Assembly: GCA_041640655.1 (NCBI GenBank)
Contig: JBEPZV010000004.1
Span: 67,264 to 131,263 of the forward strand
Source of the DNA: a bacterium
Lineage (GTDB): Bacteria; Acidobacteriota; Blastocatellia; HR10
DNA: 64,000 bases
Reading direction: 5' to 3'
Positions 9,173 to 19,139 of the stretch are shown here, piece after piece (position 1 is the first letter of the stretch; every line of letters starts with the position of its first letter). The notes below the pieces were generated by a model that worked only from the letters and a program-made list of their open reading frames with translations, made no database searches and had not been told where the DNA came from. The translations under genes and the position numbers were made by a program.

Positions 9173-10258
9173 TCAGCCGGCGGTCTTCAAGCTGAAGGTG
9201 AACTCCGAACCTCTTCCGGGGTCGCTTCTGACAGTGATCTCCCCTCCGTGCAATTGGACGAGATGTTTCACAATGGCTAGGCCGAGGCCGCTGCCTCCCG
9301 TTTCCCGAGATCGAGATTTCTCGCCCCGATAGAAGCGCTCAAAGATACGCGGTTGGTCAGCCGGAGGAATGCCGATCCCGGTATCCGTGACGGCGACGAG
9401 GACGCGTTCACCGGAGCGGCGCGCCGTGATCCCCACATATCCTCCGGGCCGATTGAACTTGATGGCGTTATCCAGGAGATTTTGCAGAATCTGCGTCAAG
9501 CGGAAGGGGTCGGCTAAGACTTGTATGTCCTCGGGGACGTCGTTCGCGATCGAGATGCCGCGCTCTTGCGCCTGAGGCCGGATGAGAGCTAAGACGTCTT
9601 CGACGAGGGCGCGAAGCGGAAGGGCTTCGAGCGAGAGGGCGATGACGCCCGATTCGATCTCCGCCAGGTCGGTGATGTCGCGCACCAGGGCATGGAGGCG
9701 TTGGGCCTGTCGAAAGAGGCCCTCCAGGCATCGGCGCGCGTGCTCGGGATCCTCCAGGCCCACCTCCTGCAGGGTTTCCACATAGGCCAGGATCGCCGCC
9801 AGTGGCGTACGCAGTTCGTGCGAGAGATTGGCGAAGAAATCGCGCCGCACGCGCTCCAGATGCTCCAGCGCGGTGATCTCCACGAAGACGCCCAGAGCCG
9901 CCTGCGGTGCTTCAGAGGCGAAGCGAAGAGGAGTGATGGTGACATGGAACACGCGGGGCTCGCCGCGCTTCAGCTCAAAGCGCAGCTCACGGGATGTCCC
10001 CAGATCGAGTGCCTCACGGAATCCCTCGTGCAATGCGGGATCGCGGGTGAGGTCAATCAGTCGAAGAGGGCGGGAGGGGATCGGAGGCGGGGGGAAGATG
10101 GATTCGGCCGACGGATTTTGAACGAGGACGGTCGTCTCCCGATCCACGATGAGCAGACCTTCGCGCATAGCCGCGAGGACGGCCTGCCACACCGGATGGG
10201 GCGAGCGAACTAACTCCCGAAGGAGATCGCGATCGGCGCTCTCGGTGGCGGGTGTCAC
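9173..10258 (-). CDS. phoR: Phosphate regulon sensor histidine kinase (PAS-HisKA-HATPase, no TM segment seen)
   Basis: RRDFFANLSHELRTPL, NLLDNAIKF, DTGIGI, FERFYR, GSGLGL; pst context. Confidence 0.88.
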   Translation of the reverse strand: MTPATESADRDLLRELVRSPHPVWQAVLAAMREGLLIVDRETTVLVQNPSAESIFPPPPIPSRPLRLIDLTRDPALHEGFREALDLGTSRELRFELKRGEPRVFHVTITPLRFASEAPQAALGVFVEITALEHLERVRRDFFANLSHELRTPLAAILAYVETLQEVGLEDPEHARRCLEGLFRQAQRLHALVRDITDLAEIESGVIALSLEALPLRALVEDVLALIRPQAQERGISIANDVPEDIQVLADPFRLTQILQNLLDNAIKFNRPGGYVGITARRSGERVLVAVTDTGIGIPPADQPRIFERFYRGEKSRSRETGGSGLGLAIVKHLVQLHGGEITVRSDPGRGSEFTFSLKTAG

Positions 10259-10965
10259 GGCGCTGCGTCGGAGGGATCGTTCGATCGCGGGCGGAATCGG
10301 TATCCGATGCCGACGACCGTCTCAATGTACGCCTCGTGCCCGAGCTTCTTCCGAAGATTGTGCACGTGGACGTCAAGCGTGCGCGTGGCTCCGGAATAGG
10401 CCAGGCCCCAGATGCGGTCCAGCAGATACTCGCGCGTGAGCGTTCGACCCGCATTGCGCGCCAGCAGCACCAGCAGCGCGAATTCCTTGCGCGTCAGCTT
10501 GATCTCGCGCCCTTCGACCCTCGCGATGAAATGCGTCGGGTCCAGATAGAGCGTGCCATCGTCGTAGAGGAAATCGAGGGGGGCATCCTCCTGCGCCCGT
10601 CGCAGCAACGCGTGCAGGCGCGCCTCCAGCTCGCGCAGGCTGAAGGGCTTGGTCACGTAGTCATCCGCTCCGAGCGTCAGGCCGAGGACCTTGTCCGATT
10701 CGCTCGTTCGAGCCGTGAGCATGAGGATGGGCAGGCGGCGCGTCGCGCTCTCCTGACGAAGGCGGCGGCACAGCTCGAAGCCGTTCATCTCCGGCAAGTT
10801 CACGTCCAGGATGAGCGCGCTCGGATGGCGCTGCGAGAGCGCCCGGAGCCCTTCCTCACCCGTGCGCGCGATCTCCACCGCATATCGCCCCCCCCGCTCC
10901 AGATGGTGCTTGAGGAGGTGGGCGAGTTCGACATCGTCCTCGATGATCAAGATCGTCGGCTTCAT
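10255..10965 (-). CDS. phoB: OmpR/PhoB-family response regulator
   Basis: Receiver (IIEDD, ILDVNLP, GADDYVTKPF) plus winged helix (RTLDVHVHNLRKKL). Confidence 0.88.
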   Translation of the reverse strand: MKPTILIIEDDVELAHLLKHHLERGGRYAVEIARTGEEGLRALSQRHPSALILDVNLPEMNGFELCRRLRQESATRRLPILMLTARTSESDKVLGLTLGADDYVTKPFSLRELEARLHALLRRAQEDAPLDFLYDDGTLYLDPTHFIARVEGREIKLTRKEFALLVLLARNAGRTLTREYLLDRIWGLAYSGATRTLDVHVHNLRKKLGHEAYIETVVGIGYRFRPRSNDPSDAAP

Positions 10966-11636
10966 AGCTCCGGCCACTCGCGATGTTTGATCACTTCGCC
11001 TCGGGCCATGTAGACGATCTGCTCGCAGATGTTCGTCACGTAATCGGCGATGCGCTCCAGATGCTTGATGATGAAGAGCAACTCCGCTCCTCGTCGCACG
11101 GTCGAGGGATCGGTGGCCATGAGGTGGATCAGTTCGTCATAGATGCGCTTGTAGAGCGCGTCGGCCTGGTCGTCATGTCGGATCGTCTCCAGGGCCTTCT
11201 CCGCATCATGGCTGGTGAACGCATCCAAGCCATCGAGCAGCATTTGCTGAACGATCCGGGCCATCTCGGGAATGTCGAAGTAGACCTTCAACTGGGGCTC
11301 CTGGTTCAACCGGAGGACATGCCGGGCGATGTTCACCGCGTGGTCGGCGATCCGCTCGATCGCCGGCGCCGTCTTCACCGCGGCGATCACGAAGCGCAGA
11401 TCGGAGGCCGTCGGTTGGCGAAGCACGAGGATGTCAATGCACAATTCGTCCACCTCGTTCTCCAACTGGTCAATCTTATCGTCATCGCGGATGACCTGTT
11501 CGGCCAGCTCCGAATCGCGTTCGACCAGAGCGCGGATCGCTTGAGCGATGGCTGTCTCCGCCCGCCCCCCGAGCATCAGGAGCTTGTCGCGCAGCCGATT
11601 CAAATCGTGATCAATCGGCCTGAGGTGATCGGTCAT
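10962..11636 (-). CDS. phoU: Phosphate signalling protein PhoU
   Basis: QPTASDLR, ERIADHAVNIA, LERIADYVTNICE. Confidence 0.95.
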   Translation of the reverse strand: MTDHLRPIDHDLNRLRDKLLMLGGRAETAIAQAIRALVERDSELAEQVIRDDDKIDQLENEVDELCIDILVLRQPTASDLRFVIAAVKTAPAIERIADHAVNIARHVLRLNQEPQLKVYFDIPEMARIVQQMLLDGLDAFTSHDAEKALETIRHDDQADALYKRIYDELIHLMATDPSTVRRGAELLFIIKHLERIADYVTNICEQIVYMARGEVIKHREWPEL

Positions 11637-11659
11637 GATGACCTCTCCTTCCCTCGCCC

Positions 11660-12490
11660 TCATCCGAAGCGCCCCGTGAGATAATCTTCCGTCAGCTTCT
11701 CACGCGGCACCGTGAACAGTTTCTCCGTCTGGTTGAATTCTACAAGACGGCCCATCCAGAGGAAAGCCGTATAGTCGGAGACGCGGGCGGCCTGCTGCAT
11801 GTTATGCGTGACGATGATGATCGTGTAGTGGCGCTTCAGTTCCGCGATCAGCTCTTCGATCTTCTCCGTGGCGATCGGGTCCAACGCCGAGGCCGGTTCA
11901 TCCAGCAGCAGGACCTCCGGTCGCACGGCCAGGGCGCGGGCGATGCAGAGCCGCTGCTGCTGTCCGCCGGAGAGCGTGAGCGCGGATTCGTGCAGCCGAT
12001 CCTTCACCTCGTCCCAGAGGGCGGCCTGCCGCAGGCTCTCTTCGACGCGCTCCTGCAGCTCCCGGCGATTGCGGACGAGCCCGTTCACGCGCAGGCCATA
12101 CGCGACGTTCTCGAAGATCGTCTTCGGGAAGGGATTCGAGCGTTGGAAGACCATCCCCACGCGCCGCCGCAAGCGCACGACGTCCACCTGGGGATCGTAG
12201 ATGTTCTCTCCATCCAGCAGGATGCGCCCCTCGGCACGCGTATCCGGGATGAGGTCATTCATGCGATTGATGGCGCGCAGGAGCGTCGTCTTGCCGCATC
12301 CCGACGGGCCAATCAGAGCCGTCACCTGATTTCGGGGGAAACCCAGGGTGATCTCGTGCAAGACGCGCACATCGCCGTAGTAGAAGCTGAACCGTTCGAC
12401 TTGGACCTTCACAGGGAGAGAAGTCGTCTGAAGATCGGGAGCGCGTGCCGGCTCCCTGGCGGTCTCTCGGATCGTGCCAAACTTCACCAC
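11660..12490 (-). CDS. pstB: Phosphate ABC transporter ATPase
   Basis: [33 protein letters not shown]; start placed at GTG after AGGAGGAG (ORF is open to 12538). Confidence 0.95.
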   Translation of the reverse strand: MVKFGTIRETAREPARAPDLQTTSLPVKVQVERFSFYYGDVRVLHEITLGFPRNQVTALIGPSGCGKTTLLRAINRMNDLIPDTRAEGRILLDGENIYDPQVDVVRLRRRVGMVFQRSNPFPKTIFENVAYGLRVNGLVRNRRELQERVEESLRQAALWDEVKDRLHESALTLSGGQQQRLCIARALAVRPEVLLLDEPASALDPIATEKIEELIAELKRHYTIIIVTHNMQQAARVSDYTAFLWMGRLVEFNQTEKLFTVPREKLTEDYLTGRFG

Positions 12491-12534
12491 CGTTCTCCTC
12501 CTTGCCGATGAGATCGCATCGTCGCCGCTCCGGA

Positions 12535-13575
12535 TCACGCGCGGAGTCGTCGCCGAACGCGGGCGCGGATGAGGACGCCGACCGTGTTGAGCGCGAACGT
12601 GAGCGCGAGCAGGACCAGGACGGTCCCGTAGAGCAAGGGCTTGGTCTTCTCCACATCGGGAGACTGCGTCGAGAGGATGAAGACGTGATAGCCAAGTTCC
12701 ATGAACTGGTCGTTCAAGCGGCTCGGCAGATAGGGGAGGAAGTACGCAGCGCCCGTGAAGAGGACCGGGGCGACTTCTCCCGCTCCTCGACTCACGGCGA
12801 GGATGGCCCCGGTGAGAATCCCGGGCAGCGCTTCCGGCAGGACGATGTGCCAGATCGTCTGCCAGCGCGTGGCGCCGAGCGCCAGACTCGCTTCACGCAG
12901 CTCGCGGGGCACGGCGCGCAATGCTTCATCGGTGGAGACGATCACCACCGGAAGCGTGAGCAGAGCGAGCGTCAGCGCCGCCCAGAGGATGGCCGGTTGT
13001 CCGTAGGTCAGCTCGCCGCCGTAGAAGAGCCGATCTATGCTTCCCCCGATGAACTGCACGAAGAATCCGAGTCCGAAGAGGCCGAAGACGATCGAGGGGA
13101 CGCCCGCCAGGTTGTTGACGGCCGCGCGCGTCGCTCGAGCGAAGAGGATCTCCACGACGTGCCCAAACCCGATCAAGCGCTCTCGCCACCGGCGAGCCGC
13201 GCGCGCGCGCGCCCAGGCGTAGGCGAGGTTCGATCCCGGCACGAACTCGCGGAGATAGACCGCCGTGGCCACACCGATCGGGACGGCGGCGATGGTCATC
13301 AGGATGACGAGCGCGACGGTCCCGAAGATCGCCGGGAAGATCCCTCCCTCGGTCATGCCCGCGCGCGGCGCTGTGGTCAGGAACTCCCAACTGAGCTGTC
13401 CGATCCCATTCCACACAATGTTCCCGAGGATGATGCCGAGCATCGCGACAATCAGCGAGCTGGCCAGTGCGAGCAAACCAATGGGGACCTGTTCGCGAAA
13501 GCGCTCCCAGAAGATCTCCCACCGCGAGGCGATGAGCGAGGCAGAGGGGCTTTCGACGCGCGGAGTGACGTTCAT
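12535..13575 (-). CDS. pstA: Phosphate ABC transporter permease
   Basis: [38 protein letters not shown]. Confidence 0.93.
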   Translation of the reverse strand: MNVTPRVESPSASLIASRWEIFWERFREQVPIGLLALASSLIVAMLGIILGNIVWNGIGQLSWEFLTTAPRAGMTEGGIFPAIFGTVALVILMTIAAVPIGVATAVYLREFVPGSNLAYAWARARAARRWRERLIGFGHVVEILFARATRAAVNNLAGVPSIVFGLFGLGFFVQFIGGSIDRLFYGGELTYGQPAILWAALTLALLTLPVVIVSTDEALRAVPRELREASLALGATRWQTIWHIVLPEALPGILTGAILAVSRGAGEVAPVLFTGAAYFLPYLPSRLNDQFMELGYHVFILSTQSPDVEKTKPLLYGTVLVLLALTFALNTVGVLIRARVRRRLRA

Positions 13576-14534
13576 ATCTCTCCTCGCAAGCGGCGTTGCA
13601 CGCGATGGATGATGTACACGCCCGCGGAGTTCACCGCGAACGTGACGACGAACAACAGCGCTCCGATGAAGAAGAGCACATGATAGTGCGGGCTGCCGAA
13701 GACGACCTCGCCTAATTCCGCCGCGATCGTCGCCGCCAGCGTGCGCACGGAATCGGTGAAGCGCCAGGACGTGATCGCCGCGTTGCCCGATGCCATCAGC
13801 ACGATCATCGTCTCCCCCACGGCACGGCCGAAGCCCAAGACGAGGCTGGCGAAGACGCCCGGCAAAGCGGCCGGGAGCACGACGCGCGTCGCCGTTTGCC
13901 AGCGCGTGGCGCCGAGCGCCAGACTCGCCTCCCGAAGACTCCGCGGGACGGCATTCAACGCATCTTCGCTCACGGTGTAGATGATCGGGATCAGTGCCAA
14001 CGCCAGTGCCGTCCCCGCCGTGATCGCGTTCAAGCGCGTCTCGAATCCGAAGAGGCGGTGCATCCATGTCGCCAGGACGATCAACGCGAAGAATCCGAGA
14101 ACCACCGAGGGGATGCCGGCCAGAAGCTCAATGGCCGGTTTGATCAGCTCCCGTATCCTCGATGGCGCGAATTCCGATGTGTAGAGCGCGGCGGCGATGG
14201 CCAAGGGCGCCGCGATCCCGAGCGCCACGAGCGTCGTCTTCAATGTCCCCAGGATGAGCGGAATGAGGCTGTATTTGGGCACGAGCGCCACGGGCTGCCA
14301 CATGTATCGGCTCGCCAGATCGGGCCCCTCCATCGGATGGAAGAAATGGCGCAGGCTCGCTTCCCGCTGGATCTCGGGATCGGTCAGAATCGGCAGCGCT
14401 TCTCGAAAGATGAAGATGAAGATAAGGACGATCGTCACGATCGCCGTGAGCGAGAGCATGAAGATCACCCGGTGCGCCCATCGGTCGATCCAACGGCGCC
14501 AGCGTTCCTGCCGTGCGTCCCGACCCTCACGCAT
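13572..14534 (-). CDS. pstC: Phosphate ABC transporter permease
   Basis: ELLAGIPSVVLG, GRAVGETMIVLMASGN. Confidence 0.93.
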   Translation of the reverse strand: MREGRDARQERWRRWIDRWAHRVIFMLSLTAIVTIVLIFIFIFREALPILTDPEIQREASLRHFFHPMEGPDLASRYMWQPVALVPKYSLIPLILGTLKTTLVALGIAAPLAIAAALYTSEFAPSRIRELIKPAIELLAGIPSVVLGFFALIVLATWMHRLFGFETRLNAITAGTALALALIPIIYTVSEDALNAVPRSLREASLALGATRWQTATRVVLPAALPGVFASLVLGFGRAVGETMIVLMASGNAAITSWRFTDSVRTLAATIAAELGEVVFGSPHYHVLFFIGALLFVVTFAVNSAGVYIIHRVQRRLRGEI

Positions 14535-14552
14535 CGCGCGTCTGGCGGGCGA

Positions 14553-15467
14553 TCACTCCTGCTGCTGCCAGTGGCGCGCCACCTCGCGGCGCTTCTCCTC
14601 CGGGAGGGGGTAATACCCCACTTCCTTGACGATAGCCTGTCCCTCGGGCGAGAGGATCCAGCGGATGAAATCGCGCGCCACCGGGTTGCTGGGTTTCCCC
14701 ACCGTGTAGAAGTAGAGCTCTCGACTGATCGGATACCGACCCGTGGCGACGTTCTCCAGAGTCGGCGCGATCGCCGGAGAGGCATCGTCCTTCTTGATCT
14801 TGAGCGCCTTGATCCCCACGCCGTAGGCGATCCCCCCGTAGCCGATCGCCTTCGGATCTTTCGCCACGGCATTGATCACGGCGGCCGTGCCCGGAAGCGT
14901 TTGCGCCGCCGGCGCGAAATCGGCGTTCTCCAGCACGTGCTCTTTGAAGTAGACGTACGTGCCGGAGTTGTTCTCCCGGCTGTAGAGGACAATGGGGAGG
15001 TCTGCCCCCCCCACCTCCTTCCAATTCCTGAGACGTCCGGTGTAGATCGCCTTGAGTTGCGCGAGTGAAAGCTCGCTCACCGGGTTGGACTCGTGGACGT
15101 AGACGGCCAGACCGTCCAGGGCGACCGGCGTCTCGATCACGTCCACGCCGAACTTCGCCTTCACCTGCTCGGCTTCAGACGGCTTGATCGGGCGGGAGCT
15201 TTGCGCGATGTCTGTCGTCCCGTTGATCAACGCCGCGATGCCAGTTCCCGATCCGCCCCCCGTGACCTGAATCACCGCGCCCGGATGCTTCTGCATGTAG
15301 ATCTCGGCCCAGCGCTGGCCGAGGATCACCATCGTGTCCGAGCCCTTGACGGTGACAGCGCGCGCCCGCTCTGAAGGCGCTCGCGAAGAACACGCGCTCA
15401 TCACGACAATACTCGCAGCAGCGATCGTGCTCCTGGCGATCCGGGACCATCGAGACTCGGCGTTCAT
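14553..15467 (-). CDS. pstS: Phosphate-binding lipoprotein
   Basis: Lipobox MSAC; KGSDTM, GGGSGTG, SRENNSGT. Confidence 0.93.
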   Translation of the reverse strand: MNAESRWSRIARSTIAAASIVVMSACSSRAPSERARAVTVKGSDTMVILGQRWAEIYMQKHPGAVIQVTGGGSGTGIAALINGTTDIAQSSRPIKPSEAEQVKAKFGVDVIETPVALDGLAVYVHESNPVSELSLAQLKAIYTGRLRNWKEVGGADLPIVLYSRENNSGTYVYFKEHVLENADFAPAAQTLPGTAAVINAVAKDPKAIGYGGIAYGVGIKALKIKKDDASPAIAPTLENVATGRYPISRELYFYTVGKPSNPVARDFIRWILSPEGQAIVKEVGYYPLPEEKRREVARHWQQQE

Positions 15468-15479
15468 AAGGCCTCCCCC

Positions 15480-16919
15480 TCAGAAAGCGAACTGCACGCG
15501 CGTGAGCAAGGCGAAGAAGCTCTCGGAGCGGCGCAAGGGCGACGTCGCGGGGAAGCGTTCCACAGCCAGATCGAGCATATACTTGACGAAGGGCGTCAGG
15601 TACCAATTCACCCCGCTGGTGATGGTCTCAGCGCGCTTGGTCTCCATGCCGTCCGAGAGTTGGAGCGTCGAGTACCGGATTTTCACCTCCCACGCTCCCC
15701 ACCCACGATTCCCCGGTCCCGATGCCAGAAAGGGACGACCGGGGATGACCGGGCCATTCTCCGGCTTCCTCTCCCCGGTGAGGACATACGTGGCCTGCGC
15801 AGCGTATCCTTTCGCGACGACGGCCGGAAGGGTGGTCTGATTCGGCCCCAGCTGATACCGATCCTGGACCATTTGGTTGTATTCGGCTCGCAGGGCGAAT
15901 GGTCCGATCAGGTAGGTCAATTCACCGTTGGCGCGGAGGACTTGCCCATTCACCGGGCGCGCCGGAAAGAACGTCACGCTTTGACTCTCGGTTTGTCCGA
16001 TCAAACTCATCCCCCCGCGCTGTCGGCCGAGCGCCAGAGCACCGCCAAAGCTCAAGCCCTCCCCCCATCGCACGCTCTCCCCGCGCCAGGGCGAGACGCG
16101 CACTCTCACCACGCCCTCAGGCGTGCGCGTCGTATTCGGCGCCAACGTGCCCTTCCCGTTGAAGGCCCCGAGCTGATATTCGATCTTCCCCCCGGCGACG
16201 TCCCCCGCCAATTGAATCCCCGGGCTCCGGCTCGGCGCGATGCGCGTCGCCATCGCGCGCTCCACGAAATCTATGTGCATGGCGCTACGCAATTCCTCCT
16301 GCGAGAGTGGCTCCTTGAAATGCCCCACCTGCAGGCGCATTCCCGGGCGCACCTGCAGGCGCAGCCAGCCATCTCGCAAGAGCCCGCTCCCGCGCTCGGC
16401 GAAATCCGCCTGAATCTTGTATTCGTAACGACTCAGGATCTTCCCGAGCACCGCCAGGCGGAATCGGCGTATGAGGAAGGTGTTCGCCGGGGCGAACGGC
16501 TCCTGCCCGTAGGCGCGAAAGTCGAGCTGTCCTTCCCCGGAGAACGCGAGCTCAAAATCCCCGTCCGAACTCCGAAGCGTCGGGCGTCCGTTGGACAAGA
16601 AGAAGAGCGGAGAAGCTGTGCGCGCTCCCGAAGCCGCTGCCCGATTCGATCCTTCCGCTGGTTCGTGGGATCGCCGGACCATGGCCCGTACTTCTTCGCG
16701 CAGCGCTTCCAGCAGACGCCCCTGTGCGGCCAACTGCTCGCGCAACTGCTCGATCATTCGTTCCTGTTCCTGAACCCGTTTTCTCAAGTGCTCCAGCTCA
16801 GCCGAGGGATCTTGCTGTGGCGCAGGAGCGGCCGAGAGCGCTGTGGAGAGAAGCAGGAGAAGTCCCAACGTCCGGAGCATATCCCAGGCCAGCGCCCGTC
16901 GCCCCTTGTGGTCGTCCAT
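15480..16919 (-). CDS. Phosphate-selective porin (OprO/OprP family)
   Basis: Signal peptide, coiled coil, RRFRL, GHFKEP, DFVER, GVNWYL and C-terminal Phe; first gene of the pst operon. Confidence 0.85.
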   Translation of the reverse strand: MDDHKGRRALAWDMLRTLGLLLLLSTALSAAPAPQQDPSAELEHLRKRVQEQERMIEQLREQLAAQGRLLEALREEVRAMVRRSHEPAEGSNRAAASGARTASPLFFLSNGRPTLRSSDGDFELAFSGEGQLDFRAYGQEPFAPANTFLIRRFRLAVLGKILSRYEYKIQADFAERGSGLLRDGWLRLQVRPGMRLQVGHFKEPLSQEELRSAMHIDFVERAMATRIAPSRSPGIQLAGDVAGGKIEYQLGAFNGKGTLAPNTTRTPEGVVRVRVSPWRGESVRWGEGLSFGGALALGRQRGGMSLIGQTESQSVTFFPARPVNGQVLRANGELTYLIGPFALRAEYNQMVQDRYQLGPNQTTLPAVVAKGYAAQATYVLTGERKPENGPVIPGRPFLASGPGNRGWGAWEVKIRYSTLQLSDGMETKRAETITSGVNWYLTPFVKYMLDLAVERFPATSPLRRSESFFALLTRVQFAF

Positions 16920-17020
16920 AGATCAGATCTCCCCATGTGGCACTTAGCTATGGACTTTACTCGATGCCGGTATCGCTTGTCCATATCGGCTCCACGTTCA
17001 GAAGTCCGCAAGAGCCCCTC

Positions 17021-17074
17021 AGTTTACAGGAGCCTGGTGAAAAGCGCGTAAATGGGAGGTTAAATCTGTGTAAA
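17021..17074 (-). promoter_or_regulatory. PHO-box array plus -10 element
   Basis: TTTACA/TTAACC/TTTACG/TTCACC at exact 11-bp period (17074, 17063, 17052, 17041), then TAAACT at 17026-17021. Confidence 0.75.
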
Positions 17075-18121
17075 ATTCCGGCGGGCGCGCACCCGTTCGA
17101 CCAAGCGCTCGAACGTCTCGACCGGAAGGGCGACCTCGGAGAAGATGCGGCGCAGATCACAGGCGGTGAGGCGCTCAAAATGCTCCCGGACGGGGACGAC
17201 GACGATCCCGGCCAAATCGATGGCCGCCGGACTGATCAACAGGCGCTCTGGCTGATCGGCGAAGAAGCACGAGGGGCGATGTCGCGCGCGGGGGAAGAGA
17301 AGGACCGTCCACGCTCGGTGGCGGTCGCGCCCCTCTGGTGACGCGGTGTCCGCGAAGACGATGAGGTTGAGCATCGGTTCTTCGGTGGTGCCCGTCAGGT
17401 CCGCGAGGATCGAGAGCGTCTCAGAGATGCGGGCGCTCAGTCGCTCGCGATCCGTGGCGCGATACAGGAGCGTTGGGATCGGATAGGAGACGGTTCGGGA
17501 GATGATGAGTCCGGGTTCGCTCACGACGAGCTGGCGGTCGGCGAAATTGCGCGCGATCGGCAGACGCGCGCGCCAGGCCGCCTGGAAATGAAGGTGATCT
17601 GGGGCTGAAGCGCCGCACCTCGGACCATTGTAGAGGAGGAAGAAGTCCGGGGACAGCTCCGCTGCCAGATCAAGCAGTACGTTGCAGCGCCCTTGCAGCG
17701 CCTGCGGGATATGCTCGCGGTGGACGATCGTCAGATGACGCTCGAGAATGGGAGAGGGGTTGCACAAGATGACATACTCGTGCGCATAGGCGAGTCCCCG
17801 TTCCTCCGCGGGGAGGTTCTCGGGGCAGAGGAAACACGGACGCCGCCGCAGCGCTTCTTCGTCTACGGCGGCGGTGGTGCTCGTCAGGCGGAGCGGATTG
17901 TACTGGAGGAGAAAGATGGCCGATCCGAGCGAGACTTCTCTAACGAGCACTTGGGAGAGGGCGTCCAGGCCATGAGCGAGGGCGGGCCAGTGCTTGCGCT
18001 GCTCGTGGAAGAGCGCCTCCACGCGGGCGCGCCAGGTGAGGCCCTCCTCAGAGGGTCTCACCTCCAGGTCCTCATCTCGGAGAAGCCGCCCTTCCCACGC
18101 TCCCGACATATCGGTTGACAT
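17060..18121 (-). CDS. DUF4922-like protein (HIT-like nucleotidyltransferase/phosphorylase fold)
   Basis: RPCFLC, LCNP, YNGPRCGASAPDHLHFQ, ISPAAIDLAG. Confidence 0.75.
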   Translation of the reverse strand: MSTDMSGAWEGRLLRDEDLEVRPSEEGLTWRARVEALFHEQRKHWPALAHGLDALSQVLVREVSLGSAIFLLQYNPLRLTSTTAAVDEEALRRRPCFLCPENLPAEERGLAYAHEYVILCNPSPILERHLTIVHREHIPQALQGRCNVLLDLAAELSPDFFLLYNGPRCGASAPDHLHFQAAWRARLPIARNFADRQLVVSEPGLIISRTVSYPIPTLLYRATDRERLSARISETLSILADLTGTTEEPMLNLIVFADTASPEGRDRHRAWTVLLFPRARHRPSCFFADQPERLLISPAAIDLAGIVVVPVREHFERLTACDLRRIFSEVALPVETFERLVERVRARRNFTQI

Positions 18122-18143
18122 CGCCGGCGCCTCTCATTATACA
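18115..18143. promoter_or_regulatory. Overlapping divergent promoters
   Basis: Plus strand TTGACA-N17-TATACA; minus strand TATAAT at 18141-18136. Confidence 0.6.
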
Positions 18144-18152
18144 ACACGGCGT

Positions 18153-19130
18153 ATGCCCATCTTGAGCCTCGCCTCGATGGACGAGATTCGCGCCATTCTC
18201 GCGGAGACGCACGCTCTGTGGGGCGAGGGGATGGCGCTCGATGATTACAGGGCGTTCGTCTTCGCGCAGATGGAGAGCCCATGGGGGCGCGAGAATCTCC
18301 GGTATCTCGTGTGGAAGGAGGGGGAAGTCATTCTCAGTAGCCTGAAGCTCTACCGCGTGCAGGTGCGATTCGGCGCTCGTCAGATGACGCTCGGCGGGAT
18401 CGGCGCCGTGTATACTCCGTGTGCGCAGCGCGGGCGAGGGCATGCGCGCGCCATGCTCGCCGCTGTCCTGGATCACGTGCGCGCGGAGGGGGCCAGCGGC
18501 GCGCTCCTCTTCTCGGACATCGGGACGGCGTATTACCAAGCGCTCGGATTTCATCCGCTCCCTTCGCATGAGTTCTCCGTGCCGCTTCATGCGATCCCCA
18601 TGGGCGAGCGCTCGCCTCTGGCGATCGAGCCGATTCGGGAGGCGGAGTGGTCAGAGATCGAACGCCTCTACGAACACGCGACAGCGTCGGACCCTTTCGC
18701 CCTGTCGCGGTCTTCGACCTATTGGGATCACCTGCGGCGGAAGGAGCGCGAGCGCGCGAGGCGCCAGCCCGCCGGTGGGAAGTTGCCCTGTCACCGAATC
18801 GCTCGACGCGCGGGGAGGGGTGTGGGATATGTGCTCGCTGTGTTCGATCCCCCTGCGCTCGTCCTCCAGGAGTTGATCGTCGCCGACGGACGTCCGGAGA
18901 CCGCGCGGGCTCTCCTTGGGGCGATCCGGGAGGATGGAGAGGCCCTTGGCGGGACGCAGCTCAGCGGATGGTGGCCACCACAGGGATGGTCGCGATTTCT
19001 CCCGCGCGAGGTCTTCCACCCGCGTCCCCGAGACCGAGAGCTGACGATGATCGCGTCATTTGACCCCGCCCTCGATGTGGGCGCGCTCGCCGCGTGTGGG
19101 GATCTTTTCTGGGCGACGGACCATTTTTGA
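18153..19130 (+). CDS. GNAT-family N-acetyltransferase
   Basis: GGIGAVYTPCAQRGRGHA acetyl-CoA motif, LFSDIG..YYQALGF. Confidence 0.85.
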   Translation: MPILSLASMDEIRAILAETHALWGEGMALDDYRAFVFAQMESPWGRENLRYLVWKEGEVILSSLKLYRVQVRFGARQMTLGGIGAVYTPCAQRGRGHARAMLAAVLDHVRAEGASGALLFSDIGTAYYQALGFHPLPSHEFSVPLHAIPMGERSPLAIEPIREAEWSEIERLYEHATASDPFALSRSSTYWDHLRRKERERARRQPAGGKLPCHRIARRAGRGVGYVLAVFDPPALVLQELIVADGRPETARALLGAIREDGEALGGTQLSGWWPPQGWSRFLPREVFHPRPRDRELTMIASFDPALDVGALAACGDLFWATDHF

Positions 19131-19139
19131 GCCCGCCCG

